Made by a program: the position numbers and the translations under genes. Under the pieces are notes generated by a model. It was not told where the DNA came from. It ran no database searches and was given only the letters and a program-made list of their open reading frames with translations. From contig JANKJI020000002.1 in assembly GCA_024626585.2 (NCBI GenBank), positions 136,864,749-136,906,231 of the forward strand: a DNA stretch of 41,483 nt. Direction: 5' to 3'. Position 1 is the first letter of the stretch. Each line of letters starts with the position of its first letter. Of this stretch, positions 24,011 to 33,741 are shown in pieces. Source of the stretch: Ginkgo biloba (Eukaryota; Plantae; Ginkgophyta).

Positions 24011-25169
24011 TATTCAAGCAATGAGAAGTAGCCCTAAGATACATATTCCCTTTTCTTTCCATGTTACAATTTTTATTTGAAGGATGTATTGGTCAAACTA
24101 CAAAGAGTATTGATCAAGTTTGAATGCATTAAAGAGGATAAGAAAAGGGGTTGTGGGATATTGATAAAATGGTGGATTAAATTAATTTGGTCCTTATGTA
24201 ATGTGGGTCTACACGTCTCTAAAAATTTTAAATCACACTGCAACTAAAACCAAAACATTTACATTAGCATTTAATTAATAAATGAAGATCATATTTGTCA
24301 AAGAAATTTCTATTGGTTTAAGGTTAAAGGAATTCTTATATATAGTAGGATGAATCCATGTAATAATATTCATAATCAAACTTGAAATTATATGAGCAGC
24401 CAAACTTGATAGAATGTTTATATTGGTAGCACTCTAAATGGAAAAAATTCATAGATAATATTAGTTAATATCTAGTATGGTTATATCCTTATAATATTAC
24501 ATATTATAATTTTATCTCAATGTTTTTCATGATTTATATGTTTAGATTATAATTCCTTATTTTCAATGTATATATATTTCATGTAGACAATGAGGTTTCA
24601 CATGATGGTGTTTATGTAGGCAACATAGCTATCTTTTGTAGAATTTACACAAGCATTATAGATTTCTTCAAGGACATAGAATATTTATGATAACCACTGC
24701 TAGATATCAATATAAAAATATGACCCTATACTACAATCCACTATAATTGTTTTTGGCAAAGCAATTACAATGATTATTTTAATAATTTACTTTAATATAT
24801 GTGATGCTGATGATTACCAGGGGTTTGGAAGTTATAGGAATGAATCACAAGCAACCAAAGGATCTCTAGATATTTTTGGAGTATAACTAATTCCCTAAGG
24901 ATATTTTCTTTCCTCTTCTTCCCCCCCTAAAAAATCTTATTAGTTAACATTAAATTGCATTACAAACATATAATGCAACAGTTTTGAGTAAAATCTAATA
25001 TTTAATGTATGGAGTATGAAATGAATTTTTATAAACTTTGCCTTTGGATTCTCCACACAAATTTTCTTACTCTACATATATTTATAAAATTTGAAATCAT
25101 CTCCACAAAGATAATGTATGCATTGATCCATTGTGAAATCGCATGAATCCAAGTTTGAAGATTTTTATA

Positions 25170-26691
25170 AATTATGAAAATTGAATTTAGATCAATATGT
25201 AAGGCTTATACTACATGTTAAAATTATTTAATTTTTCAAGTGGAGAGTTTCAAGATTGGGAAATCATTGTTTGTTTCATTAGAATGGTCTTTGTTTTATA
25301 AATATTCATGTGTAGTCCCTATCGAACCATATATGGTATACATTAATATAGAAGAGGTATGGTATTTAAGTTGTTTATATTTCACATCTTCTTTGAATTA
25401 CTTAATATATTAGTTGGACTTTTATGCTAAACTAATATAGAGATACCATAAAGGCCCATTCAGTATAGTCTTGGAAGCTTATAGCACAAATTTAGTCTTT
25501 TGGCTTAACATATTAAGAATGTTTATTAAGATGTTATTCATAGCGCTATGAAAGTTTTAGCAAACTAGTGATTTATCTATATATATTTTTAATTTGGAGT
25601 GATGTATAATTAATTGTGTGGAAGTTAATTATGGTTTGATAATTTATTTTCTAGTGCTACGCTCATACGGTTGGTTAGCATAATAATTTCACTATTAGTA
25701 ACAAGATAATTTCAATCTTGTCTTCACATTATAATTCATATTTACTTCTCTATTATATTGAATTATTCTTTAAAATAATGGATTTAGTTAAAAAATAAGA
25801 AAAATTATTTTCCTTGCTAGTATAATATCTATATTACAAACTAATACGTTATAAGTTAATATTTCTCTATGGTCATTCTTTCCTTTATATACAAGTGAAT
25901 TTTTTCTATGTATTTTTACTCAACATACTACTAGTGATCATTTTAAATGCATGGCTATGTGATATTTAATGCTTTAAGTATTTTCTTATGAAGAATAATA
26001 TCTATTGAATCTTTACTAAATCTATCCAAGATGATGCCTATTTAGAGTACTATAGAGTCCCTTATATTCTTTCATCCCTTCTAATTTATAGATTGGAATA
26101 CTAGGGGATTTTATTATTTAGACACTAGTTTTCACATCACTTGGAATATTATTACAGTGGAAATTCTATGAATGAGTTATAGACTTAGAAATAACATTCT
26201 TTTCAATATTAATATTATTTCTTCTGATGTTCTTCAACATTGCTTCACTATGTTTTATTTTATTGTTGATTGTTAGATACAATCTTGACTCAAGCGCCAT
26301 GATTAAATAAGGTAAATGCATTCAACAAATTTTACACTACATGCTCCTTTTAACTTTTATGCTAATGTAAGAAACATTAATATTGTTCAAAAAGGAGGTG
26401 GTGATGAGATTATCTATCCATAAGATCTATAGGCTATGATAGATAAGAGGAAGAATGAACAATATATTAGACATTTTGGACATACTAAATGAATTTTATT
26501 AGAGGAGGTGGCTTCATCATGCCTTAAGAAAATATCCAAGATTGATCTAAATTAAATTTTCATAATATTTTAGGACCCACCACTAAAACATGTAGTTATC
26601 ATAGAGACAGAAAAAATGATAAAATTATGTTATAAATTATCTGTCACTATTTTCTTCATAACAAGTCTATCCCTAGTGTTGTCTCTTTATA
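25170..26691 (+). repeat. Duplicated block part b, copy 1 (partner 39322-40865)
   Basis: ~1.5 kb colinear alignment, e.g. aaccatatatggtatacattaatatagaagagg and ggaggtggcttcatcatgccttaagaaaatatc. Confidence 0.92.
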
Positions 26692-27049
26692 AGGTTTGAG
26701 TAAAATATTTGGTGAAAAGGACATGAATAAAATGTATCATTACATGGTATGGGTAGTTTATCAGGTGATGAAGTGATGGTGAATTTTTAAATGGGCTAAT
26801 GTCATTAGCGAGATGATCTCTCACCAATTGGTTGAATTACCTTAAAGTGTCATTTTTATATGGTGTATGATATTCTTTTTTTCCAAAATTTATCAAGATT
26901 CTCATGCAATTTTTCAAACTAAGAGGAGAAACAATTGCCAGTTCAATTTNNNNNNNNNNNNNNNNNNNNNNNNNNNNNNNNNNNNNNNNNNNNNNNNNNN
27001 NNNNNNNNNNNNNNNNNNNNNNNNNNNNNNNNNNNNNNNNNNNNNNNNN

Positions 27050-27081
27050 TACATACATACATACATACACACACACACATA
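27050..27081. repeat. (TACA)n(CA)n microsatellite
   Basis: Directly visible. Confidence 0.85.
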
Positions 27082-27339
27082 TGGATTATATTTTGAATTT
27101 TCTCTCTTCGCATAATTCATTATTAGTTTAATCATCAATCAAGGAGATCATCTCATTACTAAGGGATTAAGCATAATATAATGATATCACTCTTGTATAA
27201 GGACCTATTTACCATACTCATTTATATTTCTTATATGATATTTAGTTATTTATTAATCCTACTTATGATCATAGGGATAGTTATTAAATATAATAATGAT
27301 ATTTATTCTACCTATAAATTAATTAGTCTATGTTAATAT

Positions 27340-28700
27340 GATAGGAGATAACTGAGTAAGACACCCTTCCCAAGGTTATAGTTGGCCCCATAACCCTATT
27401 GATAATGATTTTAGGTTCTCTAATGATAACCAAAGAAAAGGGGAATCTTAAAATAACTATCCTAAATAAACCCCTATGGACCAAAGTGTTTATAGAATGA
27501 GAATACAGTGCAACCATTATAATCTTGATCCCTATAATAAGGAAGATTCTTAAAAACATTTTAAGGATAGAGAATTTAGGGATAGAAATTCCTTCATAAA
27601 AAAACCAACTATAAATACATTTCTTAAGAATAAGAATTTATAATTTTTAGAACCTTTAAATGCCACTAACTCTCACTANNNNNNNNNNNNNNNNNNNNAA
27701 TGCCTCACTACTAAATTAGGTATGAGTTAGGTCTAATGCCTCACTACTAAATTAGGTATGAGTTAGGTCATTCAAATAATAAAATCTAAATCCCATAACG
27801 TATATTATATTGGATAATGTATTTACCATATCTAATTTTCTTAAATTTTCCTCATCAACCTTTAATATTTCAACATCTATAGTTGAATCCCATTATGATA
27901 AAGGGTAAGGGTTCCTTCATGGGAAATATTAATGACTAGAGTATAACCAAATGTTAGTGTAAGTACTAGCTCAACATAACAAAGAGAATAATAGAATGAA
28001 TAAGATAAATACAAGGGATACACTTTTATCATTTTATTTTGGCCTTCGTTTATAATCCCTCCATATTATGGGAATCTTGTCTCTAAGATGAACCTTAAGA
28101 AACCTTATAAAGTATTTATAACTTTTGATATCATCTCTAATGAAGATAATTTAGCTATATCAATGTCACAACTATATATTTTCTAGTATTAACTCAAATA
28201 TTTATGTAAACTATTACAATACTTAAGTGTCTAAGAAATCCCAAAAGATACTTATATTGTATTCATCCCTAATAGCCTTAATAATAGGTCTAAAGGAAAA
28301 TCTATATCATTCATAATTTTAAACCAAATTAATGATGTGATAATTGAATGTTGTATTATAAATGAGGGGTTTACTTTCATAATTATATCATCTAGCATCA
28401 TAGATTATTAGGGTTCACTAATCCTATCCCTAATGGAATCCAAATTAATTCCATTAATTATTATATGCTATCATTATCCATTTTAGTTCTTAATATNNNN
28501 NNNNNNNNNNNNNNNNNNNNNNNNNNNNNNGAAATTCTAAATTCTAAATTATGATATAATTTTCTCCTGGGATTTAATTATATGAAAGAAATAGGGTTGT
28601 TTTATCCTATTTATATCAACTCATCTAATTTTATAATAATATAGAAAATTATATATATTACTTGATATAGGTTTAATGACCCTAATATTGTTACTATTAT
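27340..28700 (+). mobile_element. Very decayed Ty3/gypsy gag-protease region
   Basis: IIECCIINEGFTFIIISSSIIDY*GSLIL (~28340-28425) resembles the Tat-type protease CIIDEGASxxIMS..WxxLGSPxL, and NYDIIFSWD resembles DYNLLLGR. Confidence 0.45.
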
Positions 28701-29499
28701 AGAAGGAAAATAATTCCCTTTTTATCTAGGGTGTCCTAAGGATGATAGTGACAAAATGATTTAACAATTTATATTATAAATAAAGTTGTTTATCCATTCA
28801 ATAGGATTAATAGATACATATTTTGTTGATCTTAAGGATGTCTTTTGGTTTCCAAATTGATCATTACAAATTAAGGAATAATTTATGTACTTAGTCTTAA
28901 CCATAGAGGTTAAATACAAAATTCTTTCCTTAGGTAATAAGTTTATAATCACACCTATAAATAAGGATGTGATCATGTCAATTCTTATGCCTCCTCCCAA
29001 CAATAAATACCATGATAATATTCCTCCATTATTAACTAATAAAATTATACCTATTCTAGATATAAATCAAGAGGGTTCTATTAACATAAAATAATTCAAT
29101 ATGATAGATCCATATATAAATGATAATAAAAAACTACTCATCATGAACCATAATTGCACCGAAGAGGAAGAGGTGAAACATAGTATTCCAGGCAAGGGTA
29201 TAATTGCATTGACCTACAATGAAATGCCCAAATAAATATCACATATGCAACCATATCTGATGAGAATTAAACAAACTTATCAAACCTAAATACCCCAAAA
29301 TATTTAGGTTTATCATCAAATTACTCAAAATACAAAATCAAATGTAGCAGTCATTTGACAGATATGCGAAAGGGGGTTTCTGATGAGGTTGGTGACATCT
29401 TTCTGTACATTCTTATTTCTTTTTGCAATCCCTTTTAGAAGATGGAGGCATTGGTTTGCATGCTTTTAATTAAGCTTTAACTTCTTTCATATTTCTCAA

Positions 29500-30830
29500 T
29501 GCTTTGTACTTGAGCTAGAAGATAAATTTAGAAATCTTATGGATTATGAGTGGCTAGCACATAAGAGATGAGGTAGTGTCACCTCAATGATTAGTCTAGA
29601 AACCTTTGATTCCTCGAGAACTAGTGATGTTATAGATGAGTTGAAGGAACTAAATCCTAAGGGTTCTATGTCATATGCATCTAACAACTCGCAAAGAGAG
29701 TCTTTTATGAATGCATCGAATGATGATAGAAAATCTTCTGCCACATATCAAAATAGAGCAAATCCTAGAGGTGTTATACAGAAATAGAACTCATAAGGAG
29801 TAGGTAGTGACAGCAATGAAAAGAATCCTAATAAGGATAAAAATTAGAAGAAAATTTATAAGGAGGATGTACCCTTTTATAAGAATCTAAGGTATTCTAG
29901 AAGTCAAAACTCAAGTGATTATTTGTCCAAGAGTAGGCATAAAATTAATCCCAATTTACCTAGTGTTGCTTCTACTCAAGATGGTCTAAATCTTATTGTG
30001 ACTCAGGATAACACAGAGGTAGGGATTAGGGAAAATGCTTAAGAAGAGTTAGTATTAAACCCCTAGTTGGTCAAATTGATTAATTAACATGTAACCTTGA
30101 GTGTAGTAGGCACCTCCTTTTCCCTTGATTTTATCCAACAACATGCATCATTTGATATTGATAAGAATAAGAAAATTGTTCAAGTGAGGTCTACCAGGTC
30201 TAAAGCATCCAAAGCTAAGGTAGCAATCGTCAAATAGTAAATTGTAGAAAAATATTTGCATTATGAATACTTGCAAAAATGCTTTTTAGGAATTTATACG
30301 GGAGGTTGTAGATGAGGTCATGAAGTTAGGATTATAAATGTGGGAACTAGCTAGCAAGATACAAAGTATATTGCATAAGATATCTTCCTATCTCAAACTA
30401 TATGCCCAATTAATAAATGAACTAGATATTTTCATGAAAAAGGAATTTGTTGAATCTTGTGGTTTTGTGAACAAAGGGGTTGGAGAACCTTACCCTAAGG
30501 AAGAAGAGGTGGAAGAATTCAAAACTTATTTTGTTATCAAAAGGGAGGCAATTAAGGAAAGATTTGATCACCTATTGTACATAAGAAATAAAATGTTTGA
30601 AATAAAAGATTTGTTTGAGATGATAGCCATAGAAAGACAAATCTCTTCCCCATGGAAAGAAAATTAATTTATTCCAAGGAATTTGATATTAAGATAAAGG
30701 ATGAGGAACTAGGGGAAGAATAGGTGTAAGATAACCATTTAAAAAAGAAGAAACAAATGGATCAATGGATATTTAAAGAGAACTTTGAAGATGAAGCAAG
30801 GGGGAGAAATGATGGGTTCTTTCTTGTTCT
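29500..30830 (+). mobile_element. Third, more diverged copy (C) of the coiled-coil accessory ORF
   Basis: LDFIQQHASFDIDKNKKIVQVRSTRSKASK aligns to LDFSK*HASFTIDIDKRTIKVRFARPRASK of copy A, and cctaataaggataaaaa is shared with copy B. Includes ORFs 29587..29787 and 30338..30667. Confidence 0.55.
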
Positions 30831-31429
30831 ATCATTTTGGTGAATCCAAGCTCAATTATAGTATCCTTTTTCTATCAAAGTCATTAATCTAATAGAGTTA
30901 TAGGATTTATATGGTCTTTATAGTTCTTAAGTGTAAAATTGACCCTGAAGTAGTTGTAAGGGTATATTTTTCAACTTTTATGTAATTACTTCATGTTTAA
31001 GCTACTCTCATACTAATCTTAGGGTAGTACTACCCCCAAATTTAGGTGAAGGTAGGGTAAGACTACCCTCATAAATTATTAAAGGTAGATACTTCTTGAG
31101 TTAATCAAGTGATTAATCAATGAGTTTGGAGATATGTTCATGCTAGAAAGCATTTTGAAAAAGGATGGTAACCATAAGAGGGATTGGTTTAGATGACACA
31201 TAACAATGGATAAAGATTATCCTAAACCTTACTATGTAGTATAGAATGAATAGGCCAAATTTATAAATCAAAGAAAAGAAAATTGGATAGAGAAAAGGCT
31301 ATAAAGAAAAACAAGCTAGGGTCCACAAATAATAAGGGAAAGAATGAGCATACCTTAGCTATATCCAAGTCAATAAAGAGGCATTGACTAGGGAAAGGAG
31401 GATATCTTTGGCTTATTGGCACACTTGTA

Positions 31430-32366
31430 ACTATCTAATCATATTATTCTCTAATATTAATTAATCCATATTTTTACACTTTTTTTTTACTAATATATCT
31501 ATTTTTCTATGGTGATATATCTTGTGAGTTTGAATAATTCAAACAATTACCTATGAAGGAGGAGTTGGAATTCACTACCCAACATGGCACTCGGAGGTTA
31601 AGATAAAAGAAAATAATAAAAGAGATGTGCCACTAGGTGGAGTTGTGATAAGATGAATGGATTACTAAACAACCAGGGGATTTAAATCAAATTAATTATC
31701 ATTTTTACAATTATAAATATAATTATAGAAAATTCACTCATAATTTCTTACCATAGCTAAAGATGACCAAAGAAGTTCAGGAAAAAGAAGAAGAAGAAGA
31801 TGGTTCCAATGCAGAGGATCATCATTTAAATGATCCACTAGGCCCTTACAATAATTAAGGTAAGAAAGTAGGGAAAAAATCAATAATAACATAAACTAAA
31901 TAAATAATGACTCTAGACATTCTAAACTTACAACAAACTTGACACTCCAAACTTATTCTTTTGTTGTAATGACTCTTCCTCAACTAGAGATTGTTGGCAT
32001 TCATAGAGGATTTTATGTCTTTTACTAGATAAGGAGATTTTAAGATAGTTCATGTATCATACTTACAGTGTTTTAAATAATAAAAGGTGAGAAAAGGTGC
32101 TTCTAGAGCCTTTCACCTTATAGAATCTAGTTTTGAGTTTTTGAGGTCCACCTCCTTAAGGCCTCTTATAAAAAGGGTTGCACCCTCCATTGTAACACAA
32201 CAATTTGGAGTGAGTCCTTCTTGGTCTAGTCCTCTCTCTCTTAGAATCTCTCTATTTTTTATATTTTTTTAGTGTGTGTAGCTATTTTTTTGTAAAATTA
32301 TTTCAATTAATAAAAATTCAAATTGTATTTTTGAAATTGTCATCTAATTTTTCTTAGAAGATTGCA
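31430..32366 (+). mobile_element. Probable LTR (boundaries approximate)
   Basis: cttataaaaagggttgcaccctccattgtaa TATA context (32166), CT-rich R-like tract, aataaaa at 32309 and a possible ...ttgCA end. Confidence 0.4.
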
Positions 32367-32659
32367 TAGTAATTTATTTTAATAGTATATAATTATATTT
32401 AATAAAGATATCTTGTTTGGATGCATATGGTATTATGGCATTCATGTGAGATGCCATCATACTCTTTTTACTCGATAACAAGTGAAACAAATGATGCTAG
32501 AGCACCCACATCCCATGGCACTATTTTTTTGTAAGAAAATTCTATCACGTGCCACAATGCAACAAATGAGTATGCCACAAAAATACCACTTTGTGGTACT
32601 TATTGCTATAAAACTTGTAACTAGAGCCAATTAGTGGACTCTTATTCGCCAATTAGAGT

Positions 32660-33465
32660 AAATAAAAATAGTGACTTGCTATTTTTATTGGACTTGGTGT
32701 TTGTTGCATATGTTTTTTATATTTGACTTGATGTCTGCTGTATATGCACGTATCGGCACAAACACAAGTTGTTCTCGTTTCCTAAAAATTGTAATGCGTT
32801 CTAGAAGTAATACATTTCAAGACACTAGGTAATGGTTTTCTGATATAAATTTTAAGTTTTTTTTAAGACAAGCAATAAAGAGGACTGACGCATTAAGTTT
32901 AGTTGATATGATCATGATCGCTCCACATTGTTGGGGAAATTACAAAATACCAAATGCATAGATCAACTTGATCTTAATGACAAATTACATTTTATTTATC
33001 ATTATGCTCATTGTATATGTTCTCCTCATGCGGTTCAGAATCAAACTTTGATTTTAGTCTCTATTTTACTACTAGGTGCTTATCAACTATTATGGTTTTT
33101 TTTTTTATAATTCTTGTAATTTTTCGACATATTCAAATCTGTTAAAAAATAAAAATAGTGACTTGCCTTGGGCTCTTATTGGACTTGGTGCTTGTTGCAT
33201 ATGTTTTCCTATGTGGTTTAGAACCGAACTTGATGTCCGCTGTATGTGCGCGTATCGGCACAAACACAAGTTGTTCTCGTTGGCTATCACATTTTTTGTT
33301 TTAAACCTGATATATTCCTACCACTGGGTTAATTGAAATTGAAATGCGTTCTAGAAGCAATACGTTTTCTCATATAAATTTAAATTTTCTCAAGACAAGC
33401 ATATAAATATAAATTAAGTTTAGTTGATATGATCGCTACTTGATGAGCGCTCTTCACATTGCTGG
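32660..33465 (+). repeat. Tandemly duplicated ~280-320 bp promoter module (32660-32934 and 33147-33465)
   Basis: Shared blocks: aaataaaaatagtgacttgc, cgtatcggcacaaacacaagttgttctcgtt, aatgcgttctagaag and attaagtttagttgatatgatc. Confidence 0.9.
33402..33414 (+). promoter_or_regulatory. Candidate TATA box (overlapping TATAAATATAAAT) of the kinase gene
   Basis: Lies just upstream of a CpG-retaining, 5'UTR-like stretch (33440-33620). Confidence 0.45.
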
Positions 33466-33620
33466 CGACTTCAAAAAGCAGAAAAAATAAGGTATGGCGC
33501 GGCTGATTTTTCTAGCATTTTCATTCGATTTGAATATGGCGGCTATTCTACTAACTTTATGCGGCGTTTGATTCTGCCAGCTCTGTCGTGATAAAACAAT
33601 TCTGGGCTCTGTTATTTCAT

Positions 33621-33733
33621 GTAAGTATTGGATAAGAGGTGTATGTTATTATAGGGCGAACTGGATCCTGTAATTTTCTTTTTGTTAACAGTTTTTCTTC
33701 TTGATCTGCACGTTATGTTATGTTTCGGATCAG
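33621..33733 (+). other. Probable 5'UTR intron
   Basis: GTAAGT donor at 33621, T-rich body and CAG acceptor 8 nt before ATG 33742. Alternative acceptor at 33691. Confidence 0.55.
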
Positions 33734-33741
33734 TACAAGAT

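Noticed and set aside
27699-27769. Exact 36-bp tandem duplication
   Set aside because: It starts immediately after an N gap and is 100% identical within highly decayed DNA, so it is likely an assembly artefact.
32546-32551. G-box CACGTG upstream of the kinase
   Set aside because: A single hexamer ~1.2 kb from the ATG in repeat-like DNA, expected by chance.
33682-33741. ORF-track start at TTG 33682
   Set aside because: A non-ATG start inside a T-rich probable 5'UTR intron; ATG 33742 is the better start.
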